Source: a virus
Lineage: Duplodnaviria > Heunggongvirae > Uroviricota > Caudoviricetes
IMG/VR virus record: IMGVR_UViG_3300022932_000016
Location: 19,906-83,905 of that record
DNA: 64,000 nucleotides
Reading direction: 5' to 3' (one strand)
Below are positions 19,186 through 27,921 of the stretch, piece by piece. The position numbers and the translations under genes were made by a program. The first letter of the stretch is position 1, and each line of letters starts with the position of its first letter. The notes beneath the pieces are model-generated. The model made no database searches, was not told where the DNA came from, and was given only the letters and a program-made list of their open reading frames with translations.

Positions 19186-19226
19186 CCCAAATCATAATAA
19201 TTATCATTCTAAGAAAGGAAGCGATA

Positions 19227-19451
19227 ATGGCAAACACACAACACGATAACGTGGGTGAGGTTCTAGTCCTTAAAGACTTTACAACACCTGACGTTGCCTT
19301 TTCACTAAACGCAACCGTTGCCAGCGATGGCTCGATTGTACTGTATGACTACAAGCGTACGGGCTCAAATCACGATAGCAAAATCATTGTTATCAACGAG
19401 GACGAGTTCGACCAGTTAGCTTCATACCTAGGCTATATCAAAGAGGTATAA
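19227..19451 (+). CDS. hypothetical protein
   Basis: AAGGAAG RBS. First gene of the plus-strand block. Confidence 0.5.
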   Translation: MANTQHDNVGEVLVLKDFTTPDVAFSLNATVASDGSIVLYDYKRTGSNHDSKIIVINEDEFDQLASYLGYIKEV

Positions 19452-19453
19452 CC

Positions 19454-19816
19454 ATGGCAGAGTTCAAACCAACTAAGTTCGAGCCTATGAAAGGGTTGCA
19501 CAAAGTTGAAAAAGTGGACTACCGACGTTGGGCAATCGACCGTAACTTACGGGTTCTAGGGCGTGGCGAGTACAAACTCGCAGACATCGTAGATAACATA
19601 AGGGATTACACACGAGATTGGCAAAACGAAGCAAGGCAAGCGATGACTTACCCAATTAAAATGGATAAGCATATCAGCGTTTACTTGCTAGACAACGGTG
19701 TTCACTCCTTCGTATTGTTAGTAAACGATATGCAAGGCAGCTCATACAACCGCAACAGGTTCGAGAGTACACAAGAACAGGAAATCACACTGTTCATAGT
19801 ATCGGAGGTATCATAA
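19454..19816 (+). CDS. hypothetical protein
   Basis: ORF, tightly packed with its neighbours. Confidence 0.5.
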   Translation: MAEFKPTKFEPMKGLHKVEKVDYRRWAIDRNLRVLGRGEYKLADIVDNIRDYTRDWQNEARQAMTYPIKMDKHISVYLLDNGVHSFVLLVNDMQGSSYNRNRFESTQEQEITLFIVSEVS

Positions 19817-20298
19817 TGGCTAATAATCGAACACGGTTAGAGCAAATGGTGTCCGAGATCATGGCAAAAGGTGACGTTCGCCCCGTATTAAATAACCGCA
19901 ACTATTCAAATGTATTCGCTGATGGCAAGTATATTTACTCGTATGGGCCTCATTTTATTATGGGTGCGTATATAGGTAATACATGGCTGGTCAATAGCGA
20001 CCGTTACTCAACGAGTACGGGACGACAGCTGAGTTATTTGCGGGACGCTTTACGAAAGAACGGTATACCTGATAGCCGAATTATCTTCGCACCAATGGAA
20101 GGTAAGCAAAGCACAGTCGGGGACCTCTTGAGGCACGCAGTACGAGCTTGCGACGGAGAGATTGCCAATTATACCAAGCAACTCGAAAAGACACGAAACG
20201 GAAGCGGCAACAATCTTCGTATTAAAGGTTTAATCACCGATTACGAGGAATCGTTAAAGCGTCTGGTCGTATTAAAGGAGATGCAAGTAAATGGCTAA
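19816..20298 (+). CDS. hypothetical protein
   Basis: ORF, coupled. Confidence 0.5.
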   Translation: MANNRTRLEQMVSEIMAKGDVRPVLNNRNYSNVFADGKYIYSYGPHFIMGAYIGNTWLVNSDRYSTSTGRQLSYLRDALRKNGIPDSRIIFAPMEGKQSTVGDLLRHAVRACDGEIANYTKQLEKTRNGSGNNLRIKGLITDYEESLKRLVVLKEMQVNG

Positions 20299-20980
20299 TC
20301 AATCTAGTGCAGACGTAACAATTACAGCTCAGGCAAGTATTGCTAAAGAGCTGTTCGACTATATCAAGGCAGTTCAAGGTGATAGTGAATATAACATTAT
20401 CAGCGAAGAGGCTTTCGATGACGTAGAAATACCAACTGACCCAGAGGCTGAGGTAATAATCAGCGGTTGGGCAACTGGTAGGTGGTCGTATGGTAACGGT
20501 AATCTTCCTGGGTATTTTGCAGGTCGTCTTAATGATGACACGTGGCGATACGAGAAAGAGTCCCACATCGGCTACGGTAAGCTAGTTTCAGCAATCAAGC
20601 GCAAAAATGGCTGGTTCGAGCTAGAATACAAAGACCAAGAAGGCGGTTCGCAGTTTATTGACGTTGGCTCTATGAGAATAGACAAGGACAACGTAGATGA
20701 CAACGAGCCGAGCGTTTCATCAGACACTATGGACTATACCGTAGCTAATATGATGGACGTTTTCGGGTATAGCGAGTATGAAGCCCTTGACATAATGCAC
20801 GGGGACGAAATCGCAGATGCCTGGTCAGAATACTCAGACTTAGGAGGGGCAATACAAGATGCCGAGTCCTTCTATGATGAGCATAGTGAAGATATTTACG
20901 AAGGCAACTTTGACGTAGCCGAGGTGCTACTCGAAGAACAACGTAAAGCGAAAGAGGGTGAGGCGACAAAAACGCCTTAG
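20291..20980 (+). CDS. highly acidic protein (D/E-rich)
   Basis: 229 aa with a strongly acidic C-terminal half (DEHSEDIYEGNFDVAEVLLEEQ...). Confidence 0.5.
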   Translation: MANQSSADVTITAQASIAKELFDYIKAVQGDSEYNIISEEAFDDVEIPTDPEAEVIISGWATGRWSYGNGNLPGYFAGRLNDDTWRYEKESHIGYGKLVSAIKRKNGWFELEYKDQEGGSQFIDVGSMRIDKDNVDDNEPSVSSDTMDYTVANMMDVFGYSEYEALDIMHGDEIADAWSEYSDLGGAIQDAESFYDEHSEDIYEGNFDVAEVLLEEQRKAKEGEATKTP

Positions 20981-21039
20981 CCCATCAACATTTAGTTCAA
21001 TTTATTTTATTTATATCTCTTTGAAAGGAGAACAACACA

Positions 21040-21306
21040 GTGAACAATTATTCAAACGGACAAAAAGTAATCGTAATCGCACCAGAGGGCTACATCTTCG
21101 CAGGTATTCTTGCCGATGCAATGCTTCCTGGTCACCTTCGCCTAGAAAACTACAAGCAAATTGTTGGTTGGGATAGCGATAAGGGCGTTGGTGCAGTTGC
21201 AAATGGTACAATCGAAGCCCAACTTACAGAGGGTAGCGAATGGATTGAGCTCCCTGAGTTCAGTTACCGAGTCGTGATTGACGCCACCAAAATGAAAGGT
21301 CTGTAA
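21040..21306 (+). CDS. hypothetical protein
   Basis: ORF. Confidence 0.4.
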   Translation: MNNYSNGQKVIVIAPEGYIFAGILADAMLPGHLRLENYKQIVGWDSDKGVGAVANGTIEAQLTEGSEWIELPEFSYRVVIDATKMKGL

Positions 21307-21533
21307 TGCAGTACAAAGAGGAAATGACCTATATGCTTCCTCGGGTACGACTTGATGGACCAGTTAAGGCACCAGTCGACCAAGGACGCTTTCAACGACC
21401 AACTTATACTAAATCAGGCAAATCTCCGTTCTCATCAAGTATTAACGATACGTTCGTAAGAAAAGGTATCATGGAAATGCGAGTTCGGCTCAATTTTGCA
21501 ACCGCTAATGACTTCAAAGGAGTTAAATCGTAA
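21306..21533 (+). CDS. hypothetical protein
   Basis: ORF, coupled. Confidence 0.35.
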   Translation: MQYKEEMTYMLPRVRLDGPVKAPVDQGRFQRPTYTKSGKSPFSSSINDTFVRKGIMEMRVRLNFATANDFKGVKS

Positions 21534-22426
21534 TGGGTAGCAACAAATCACTAATCGAAAAGATGCTGGACCGTATCAAAGAGCAACCTCGTATTGCCTT
21601 AGCAATCGAAGGTCAAGCAGGTATGGGCAAATCAGCAATCGTTGAGAGCTGGGCTGCAGAGAACAATGTTCCTGTAGTTAAGCTACTCGCAAGTACACTA
21701 AGCGAGGAAGACATCGCAGGTGTAATCGTAGCCGACCATGAAAAGCACACAGGTGAATACTACAGCCTTGGTCTTCTTGACCGTGTAGTGAAAGAGCCTA
21801 CTGTATTGTTCCTAGATGAGCTTAATACCTCGGTCAAGGAAACAGCAGATGCTTTGCTGACACTTATTGAAAGTCGCCACCTCCCTGACGGTACTAAGCT
21901 ACACCCTGACACAATCATCGTGGCAGCTATGAACCCTGCAATCGCCTATGGTAACTATGAGTTATCACCTGCCATGCGTAACCGCTTTGCGTGGGTACGT
22001 TGGTCACAGGACGCGAAAGAATGGTGGACTAATTTCGGTGTCGAAGTGCCTGAAGAGGACGACGTTCGTGTTATGGTTGATAAACTAATCAACGAGGACG
22101 GTCTTGACTTTACAGACGACAAAGGCTTCACAGAAGAAACGAATACGTTTACCACTCCTCGATCTTTGACTAGGCTCTTGCAGTTTGCAGGTAGTGTAGC
22201 CGAAGTGAAGATGTTTGCACCGAGCTTTATCGGTAAGGACGCAGTAGCGTTGATTGACGCCTACAAAGAAGTTGACGTTGATATTCGCGGCAATAGTTTC
22301 TTTACTCGTGAAAAGGAAGAACCAACGTCTAAGACGACTGGTGTTAAGGGCGCAACTGGTACAGGTGGTGTTCAGACAACCAGCCTTCACGCTCGATTAG
22401 CTAAACGTATCGAAGAACGGGAATAA
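21533..22426 (+). CDS. MoxR-like AAA+ ATPase
   Basis: Walker A (EGQAGMGKS), Walker B (LFLDELN) and a sensor region (AAMNP...AMRNRF). Confidence 0.85.
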   Translation: MGSNKSLIEKMLDRIKEQPRIALAIEGQAGMGKSAIVESWAAENNVPVVKLLASTLSEEDIAGVIVADHEKHTGEYYSLGLLDRVVKEPTVLFLDELNTSVKETADALLTLIESRHLPDGTKLHPDTIIVAAMNPAIAYGNYELSPAMRNRFAWVRWSQDAKEWWTNFGVEVPEEDDVRVMVDKLINEDGLDFTDDKGFTEETNTFTTPRSLTRLLQFAGSVAEVKMFAPSFIGKDAVALIDAYKEVDVDIRGNSFFTREKEEPTSKTTGVKGATGTGGVQTTSLHARLAKRIEERE

Positions 22427-22427
22427 T

Positions 22428-23633
22428 ATGAAAATCTATGACGACCAGGACAAGCTAGACGCTCTCGTGAAATCCTTGAAGCGTCATGGCTATACTTCAT
22501 ACGGTGTTGCCCTACAGCAACTCGGTACTCGATGGACAGATGAAAAAGGTGTAATCGGCTTCACGAACCCACAAGGTATCGTGATTAACGGCACCCTTAA
22601 TATCAACGAGCAATCTTTGGTAGCCCGTCACGAAGTATTGCACACGCTTCTACGGCACCTCGATGACACAATCTGGGGTGACGGACGTGACGACCACGAA
22701 GTTCGTAATATGGCAGGCGACCTTGAGTTGTCCCACTACTACGATGATGTAGACAGCCGACACTTTAATATCGGTGGTCCTCTTGCAGGTGGTTTGAACG
22801 TACAACGTCGAGCCCACGGCAAGTACTTCGGTATGGACTGTGTCGAGATTTACGATGACCTAATCAAGAACGGCAAAGCTAAAGGCAAGCCGCTTGGTGA
22901 TTGTATTCAAGGCGATGGGCCAAAGGGTAAAAGTAGTGGGGCGAGCGCAGGCGACCTCGATGACAAGGGTAAGAAGGAAACATCTGTTTCGCCTAGTCCC
23001 CAGCCAGCGAAGATGTCTGACGAATTGAAGAAGGAACTCTTGAACAAGATTAAGGTAGAGCGACAGGAACGCTACGAGCAATCAACCATTGAACGTGGTC
23101 TGCGTGCGGAAGTAGATATTGACCCAGAGGTCGAGTTGTTCTACTCCCTTAACCGTTATTTCATCAAAGAGCAACAGCTTAGCCGAAACAAGAGTTATGC
23201 ACGACCGAACAAGAAATATCAAGGCGCAATCGTCAAGAAGGGCCGACGTAAGACTCGCAGCCCAGGTAAGACGTTAGTGGTGTATATCGACCGTTCGGGA
23301 AGTATGAGCGACGAAAAGACTGGTAAAGCGGAAGCAATTCTTGCAAACACAGTCAAAAGGCTCAACCACGTTACCGTTGTAACTAAATACTTTAGCGATG
23401 AAGTATCAATGGACGGTAATATCGGTGGTGGTACAAATTATTCTGCCGTTATTGACGACATAATGATTAACAAGTACCGAGATGTGGCAATCGTAACCGA
23501 CAACGACAACGATGGACGTGCGAATATCGCAGACGTTGATGCCGTGTGGATCGTATCGGTTGAACCAGGATACCCAACGAGAATTGCTCAACGCTTTAAT
23601 GCGACAATGCTTGTGGAAACGGAGATTAGGTAA
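22428..23633 (+). CDS. VWA-domain protein with N-terminal HExxH putative metallopeptidase domain (DUF2201-like)
   Basis: ARHEVLHTLLRH HExxH motif. C-terminal MIDAS (VVYIDRSGSMSD...GGTNY). Adjacent to MoxR, a known pairing. Confidence 0.75.
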   Translation: MKIYDDQDKLDALVKSLKRHGYTSYGVALQQLGTRWTDEKGVIGFTNPQGIVINGTLNINEQSLVARHEVLHTLLRHLDDTIWGDGRDDHEVRNMAGDLELSHYYDDVDSRHFNIGGPLAGGLNVQRRAHGKYFGMDCVEIYDDLIKNGKAKGKPLGDCIQGDGPKGKSSGASAGDLDDKGKKETSVSPSPQPAKMSDELKKELLNKIKVERQERYEQSTIERGLRAEVDIDPEVELFYSLNRYFIKEQQLSRNKSYARPNKKYQGAIVKKGRRKTRSPGKTLVVYIDRSGSMSDEKTGKAEAILANTVKRLNHVTVVTKYFSDEVSMDGNIGGGTNYSAVIDDIMINKYRDVAIVTDNDNDGRANIADVDAVWIVSVEPGYPTRIAQRFNATMLVETEIR

Positions 23634-23869
23634 TGCGAATACTCGATAAGAAATGGAAACACGACCTGTTTCAAATCGGTGCTTTTGTTTTAGTGGCGTC
23701 GATGTTGAATAAGGCTGCTGACGGTGATATGGTCTTGTACCTATTGTCGCTTGCCTACCTTATCGGGTTCGGTGTATCAAACTTTCACGAGGGCGAGATG
23801 CGAGCTGATGTTCGCAACGCCCTTCGTAAGAAGATTGCAGAAAAAGAGGCTCAAGATGACAAAAGCTAA
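23633..23869 (+). CDS. small membrane protein (2 TM)
   Basis: Hydrophobic segments IGAFVLVASML and LLSLAYLIGFGV. Confidence 0.4.
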   Translation: MRILDKKWKHDLFQIGAFVLVASMLNKAADGDMVLYLLSLAYLIGFGVSNFHEGEMRADVRNALRKKIAEKEAQDDKS

Positions 23870-24152
23870 GACAAATCTGCCTGATTACAGCAATTATACG
23901 GCACCTAAAATCAAAGACGGTGTACCGATTACTCGGGAGCACTATACGTTCGATGAACGTGTGATGTTGATGATGAAGGACCGTTACCCAGACCGTAGCG
24001 ATGCCCTTATCCGATCTTCGGTGAGCATACTGTATTCGCTAAGTGGGTGGCAACCGTCAGACGGTGAACCAAGCGAGTACACGGAAAACTATATAACCAA
24101 CTTACTCATAATGAGCATAGTAGAAGAGGAGCGACAAAATGGCGATATTTGA
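23856..24152 (+). CDS. hypothetical protein
   Basis: Internal ATG with AAAGAGG RBS. The track ORF extends upstream to 23724. Confidence 0.4.
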   Translation: MTKAKTNLPDYSNYTAPKIKDGVPITREHYTFDERVMLMMKDRYPDRSDALIRSSVSILYSLSGWQPSDGEPSEYTENYITNLLIMSIVEEERQNGDI

Positions 24153-24423
24153 AAGAACACCTAGAGATATAGGCTATCTTACCGTTACCTATGACGAGCT
24201 AATGTCATACAGCAGGATACCAGAACTGGTTTGCGATAATTGCAACAACCTGTTGAAACACGATGAGCTTGCCGTAGTGATACCAGTATTGAACTCAGCC
24301 TATTGCCCTATCTGTACACCTGATTATTTTGAGAGTGTAAAAGACTACCCAGAAGACAGGCCGATCAGAGCAAGGCGCGAGCAGTTCTGGTGCGACTTCT
24401 ATGGTATAGAAAGGACAATATGA
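24139..24423 (+). CDS. small Cys-rich (zinc-ribbon-like) protein
   Basis: CDNCNN...CPICTP. Confidence 0.4.
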   Translation: MAIFERTPRDIGYLTVTYDELMSYSRIPELVCDNCNNLLKHDELAVVIPVLNSAYCPICTPDYFESVKDYPEDRPIRARREQFWCDFYGIERTI

Positions 24424-24614
24424 TAACCAAGAACCCAAAAACTTATAGTGATATAAAAACTGGCAAGATGGTGTTGGCGAAACTCGATGTGCTAATTATG
24501 CCTAACGGTGAAATGTTATGCGCGGGAGAACACATCACGTGGCTTCCTGTTTCTTCGAATATAGTGGAGCAGTTAAGCGACTTCAAAGACGCGATTACGG
24601 GAGAACCTGTATGA
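24420..24614 (+). CDS. hypothetical small protein
   Basis: ORF, coupled. Confidence 0.3.
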   Translation: MITKNPKTYSDIKTGKMVLAKLDVLIMPNGEMLCAGEHITWLPVSSNIVEQLSDFKDAITGEPV

Positions 24615-24748
24615 GTTTCTACGAAGATTATGTAGCCGATGGTTTGTGTTGCATGGTTTGCGGCACGCTCATCGACGGTGAAGAGCCTGGTTACCCACGA
24701 GAGTGTGGTTGTGAACTTAACGAGGAGGAAGGAGATGACGATGAATAA
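24611..24748 (+). CDS. small Cys-rich acidic protein
   Basis: CCMVCG...CGCELNEEEGDDDE. Confidence 0.3.
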   Translation: MSFYEDYVADGLCCMVCGTLIDGEEPGYPRECGCELNEEEGDDDE

Positions 24749-24947
24749 CGAAGATGATAATTATATCTATGTTGATATTCCTGGGACCAATATGACGGTT
24801 CAGGTGAAATGTGAATATGAAGGAATTGTAGTTGACGTTTTCGAGGTAGCCTCTGACGACAGCGTTGAGCCTATAGCCTCTACCTACAAGTTCTACAGTG
24901 AGCTTGGTGTAGAGTTGAAACAGACCTCGAGTGAGGCGACCGAATGA
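24735..24947 (+). CDS. hypothetical small protein
   Basis: GAGGAGGAAGGAG RBS. Confidence 0.35.
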   Translation: MTMNNEDDNYIYVDIPGTNMTVQVKCEYEGIVVDVFEVASDDSVEPIASTYKFYSELGVELKQTSSEATE

Positions 24948-25165
24948 CATTTGTTTGGCCTTGCCGCGCTCCGAAACAAAGGACGCAGCGTGTGATTATC
25001 CACCGCAGAAAAGGTCGTGGGCGTGTAAAGAGTAAGTACGACAAGATGTTCGGCACAAAGGGTAAGTGGGCTGTGCTGTGCGGTCAATGGGTTACGGGCG
25101 ATGTGAACGTAACTACCGATGATAGAAAAGTAACGTGTATGAAATGTTTAAGGAGAATGCGATGA
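24944..25165 (+). CDS. small Cys-containing protein
   Basis: ORF, coupled. C-x2-C at the C-terminus. Confidence 0.35.
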   Translation: MTFVWPCRAPKQRTQRVIIHRRKGRGRVKSKYDKMFGTKGKWAVLCGQWVTGDVNVTTDDRKVTCMKCLRRMR

Positions 25166-25329
25166 GCGTGAGTTTACGAGAAGTCCTTGAAGGGGCTGAA
25201 TACGATTTGAACACCTACAATGACGCTATCTGGCTTTTGTCGAAGCGAAGTGAGTTTGAGGACTTAATCGAAGAGGCAGAAGAAACAGTTGAGCGTATTG
25301 GTGAAGAACGAGAGCGGGATTTCGAATGA
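25162..25329 (+). CDS. hypothetical small acidic protein
   Basis: ORF. Confidence 0.3.
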   Translation: MSVSLREVLEGAEYDLNTYNDAIWLLSKRSEFEDLIEEAEETVERIGEERERDFE

Positions 25330-25511
25330 TCGACAGGATAACCTACCGAATTACAGACGAAACACCAGCCCACATACGTTTTAGCCTTTGGGTTAACGGT
25401 GGTTTGATTTGCACACCTGGCGGCTTATGTTTGCGGGTTGACGAGTTTGAACCTTTTATGGCTAAACTTGGCGCGGTTTCTGACTCTGAGTGGTATAACA
25501 GTTTAGATTAG
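25326..25511 (+). CDS. hypothetical small protein
   Basis: ORF. Confidence 0.3.
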   Translation: MIDRITYRITDETPAHIRFSLWVNGGLICTPGGLCLRVDEFEPFMAKLGAVSDSEWYNSLD

Positions 25512-25556
25512 ATAAAAGCTATTGTATTTTATCTTGAAACGTGTTACTATTAGAGT

Positions 25557-25784
25557 ATGAAACAGATTAAAGTCAATTATATTGCGACAGGTGAATGGGC
25601 CAGTTATGGCACACCTTTTTGGTTAGAGTGTCAGCACTCTGATTACGAAGAGGACGGTCAGCGATTATATTGCGACCACTGTGACAAAATGGGCTACCGA
25701 TATGAAGAACAAGAGTACGAGGGTACAGACGACAATGGCAACATTGAGTTCAGCACCCATACCGTAATTGAATGGTTTGAATAA
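25557..25784 (+). CDS. small Cys/His-containing acidic protein
   Basis: CQHSDYEEDGQRLYCDHCDKMGY. Confidence 0.4.
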   Translation: MKQIKVNYIATGEWASYGTPFWLECQHSDYEEDGQRLYCDHCDKMGYRYEEQEYEGTDDNGNIEFSTHTVIEWFE

Positions 25785-25801
25785 CCAGAAAGGAGCAAGT
25801 T

Positions 25802-26527
25802 ATGCGTGTACGAAACGAAGTAAACAATATATTCGATGAAATGATGATACCTAGGATTACAAGTACAGTCGAGAAGAACCGATTGAAAATTGGTTACACA
25901 GAGATTGGACAGGAAGTCGACCTTGGCTTAAAGCAAGCGTCGCACACCCTTATCAGCGGTATTAGTCGCTCGGGCAAGACCCAAATGGCGTTACACCTGT
26001 TAGACAGCTTAACGAAGTATTCTATGGTGGTGGTTTATTCGATGAAACCAGGAGACTTCTTTATGTATCGGGACAAGGTCAGACTTGTTGAAGATAAATA
26101 TGAAATGTTCAGCTTATTGCGTATGACGGTGGGCGAGATTGAAAAACGAGCGAACCGTATTCGTGAGCAGAGCGAGAAGGCTGGTCACGTCGTTGAATGT
26201 ACCGACCGACCGATGATTGTTATGATTGATGAATATGCGTCACTTTCAAAGGACATGGACGATGCAACCGAAAACGCTATCGAAAAGATTGCGGCAGTTG
26301 GTGCAGGTCTAAACGTCTACTTGTATATTATTACCCAAGTACCAAAGAAATCAGTTATGCTAGGTACGCTAAGGGATAATATGATGACAGACATCGCTTT
26401 CAAACAGCGTTCACCTGAAACAAGCAGAATGGCGATTGGCTCGAATGCGGCAATGATGCTACCACTCGGTCAATGTATCGTGCGAAACGTCGACAGGAAC
26501 TTCAAAGTTACCCACATGACGGAATAG
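25802..26527 (+). CDS. FtsK/SpoIIIE-like P-loop ATPase domain protein
   Basis: Walker A (ISGISRSGKTQ) and Walker B (IVMIDEYASL) arranged as in the FtsK/HerA motor domain. 241 aa. Confidence 0.6.
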   Translation: MRVRNEVNNIFDEMMIPRITSTVEKNRLKIGYTEIGQEVDLGLKQASHTLISGISRSGKTQMALHLLDSLTKYSMVVVYSMKPGDFFMYRDKVRLVEDKYEMFSLLRMTVGEIEKRANRIREQSEKAGHVVECTDRPMIVMIDEYASLSKDMDDATENAIEKIAAVGAGLNVYLYIITQVPKKSVMLGTLRDNMMTDIAFKQRSPETSRMAIGSNAAMMLPLGQCIVRNVDRNFKVTHMTE

Positions 26528-26534
26528 AAAATAA

Positions 26535-26563
26535 CCGCAGAGTAAAATCTGCGGATTTTCTTT
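26535..26563 (+). terminator. rho-independent terminator
   Basis: CCGCAGA-GTAAAA-TCTGCGG followed by ATTTTCTTT. Confidence 0.65.
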
Positions 26564-26836
26564 CGCTGGTACAAAGCCTGTGTTTGTTGGATTACTCTTC
26601 GCTGCTGCCTGAAGCCTTAAGCCTGCGACCGCCCCACACACTGCACGTTACGCTATGGTAATGACGTACCATCTCCATAAATCCACGATAAAATCGTATC
26701 CTCGAGTTAACAAAATACTTGACTTCCTATGCTGGATATGATTATTTAGGAGTAAATAGGCGTTGCGTTTTTCTCGGTTGTTTTTTTTCGTTGCAATTTT
26801 TTGACGATACCTTCGCATCAGAACTTAATCCACGAA

Positions 26837-26865
26837 TTGACGTACCCCTTGCCAAGCGGTATAAT
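26837..26865 (+). promoter_or_regulatory. sigma-70-type promoter TTGACG-17-TATAAT
   Basis: Near-consensus hexamers with 17-nt spacing. The spacer contains TTGCCAAGCGG. ATG at 26873 is only 8 nt downstream, so the mRNA may be leaderless. Confidence 0.55.
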
Positions 26866-26872
26866 AGTAGTA

Positions 26873-27037
26873 ATGTTTGACTATGCAATACAGCTACCCA
26901 CGATTGACAAGGTACTCGGTTGCCCTTGGGGAAGAGCGGTTTGGCGGCATGGGCACAAAACTGGTCGTTTCGTTCGACACGGCAGGTTGCAATACGTACA
27001 AAGGCATAACAAAAAATACTTGGTGGTAATGGGCTAA
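26873..27037 (+). CDS. small protein (54 aa), paralogous N-terminus with the next ORF
   Basis: MFDYAIQLPTIDKVL versus downstream MIDYIIELPPIDEML. Starts directly after the promoter. Confidence 0.3.
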   Translation: MFDYAIQLPTIDKVLGCPWGRAVWRHGHKTGRFVRHGRLQYVQRHNKKYLVVMG

Positions 27038-27237
27038 TGATTGATTATATAATCGAGCTACCTCCTATAGATGAAATGTTATACCGAGATAAGCGGGTTA
27101 ACCTGGCTATGCAACCAGCTAGACCAGATATAGGAATGTTCAAGTTCTTCAAGCTCGAACGGCACCTATTCAGGCGAAGGCGCACGGGGTGTTACCTCCT
27201 TGTAACAGATAACCCAGAAGTGGCGGCAATAGGCTGA
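27037..27237 (+). CDS. small protein (66 aa)
   Basis: ORF. ATGA overlaps at both ends. Confidence 0.3.
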   Translation: MIDYIIELPPIDEMLYRDKRVNLAMQPARPDIGMFKFFKLERHLFRRRRTGCYLLVTDNPEVAAIG

Positions 27238-27860
27238 TGACCCAAGACGAGATGTACGAGATTATGCAAAAGCATTTGTCTAGCCCTGCCCCCTGGCGGC
27301 AGAAACTTTCTGGTTCTTGGGACGGTTTTCGTAAAGCTAATCACTACACTGGACCCGTGAAGAACGACATCTTTGTTCGACCACCTGTTGAACACGACAA
27401 TAAGTTTGTTTTTGAGATGAAAAAACCCGCAAAAGTTGATCGCGGGAAGAAGAATAACATTGAACACATGATTAAGGGCCGAATGGGGCAGTTGAAACAC
27501 TCGAGAAGTGCCTATACAATCACAACCCTCGATTCTGGAGAAGTCGAGATGGTAGACCACACTGGGGGGTTAATACATTCGTTTGACCTTGCCCGCCACC
27601 AGTCAAGCTCAGTGTCTACACCGTTTCCACCTCGATGGGAGAGTGCTTGGGGACAGGGGGTAGAGGATTTCACTGCTCATCACAGAATGGCGACACCAAG
27701 TTTTGAGATAGAAACGGAAGAGTTGACAACGCTTTCTGGTGAATCCCACACTGTTCTTAGAAGTATATCGCAGAAGAATACATGGGTTAGGGACGAGTGG
27801 GAAAAACCACGCTTCGCACAAGGTGGAATCATCAAGTTAGATGACTACACCGATTGGTAA
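27237..27860 (+). CDS. hypothetical protein
   Basis: 207-aa ORF. Confidence 0.5.
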   Translation: MTQDEMYEIMQKHLSSPAPWRQKLSGSWDGFRKANHYTGPVKNDIFVRPPVEHDNKFVFEMKKPAKVDRGKKNNIEHMIKGRMGQLKHSRSAYTITTLDSGEVEMVDHTGGLIHSFDLARHQSSSVSTPFPPRWESAWGQGVEDFTAHHRMATPSFEIETEELTTLSGESHTVLRSISQKNTWVRDEWEKPRFAQGGIIKLDDYTDW

Positions 27861-27891
27861 CCATCTTCGAACTCAGAACGCAGCCAGCGAG

Positions 27892-27921
27892 CTCCTGTGA
27901 TGTCACAGGGGCTTTATTTAT
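27892..27921 (+). terminator. rho-independent terminator between convergent genes
   Basis: CTCCTGTGA-TG-TCACAGGGG stem followed by GCTTTATTTAT. Confidence 0.65.

Noticed and set aside
18800-19226. tRNA gene in the intergenic region upstream of the early operon
   Set aside because: There is no convincing cloverleaf. GGGGGTTTGAGCC is not a canonical T-loop (GGTTCGAATCC-like), and no matching acceptor stem was found by eye.
26801-26872. N-terminal extension of ORF 26801-27037
   Set aside because: The extension would overlap the TTGACG-17-TATAAT promoter. The conserved paralogous motif begins at the ATG at 26873.
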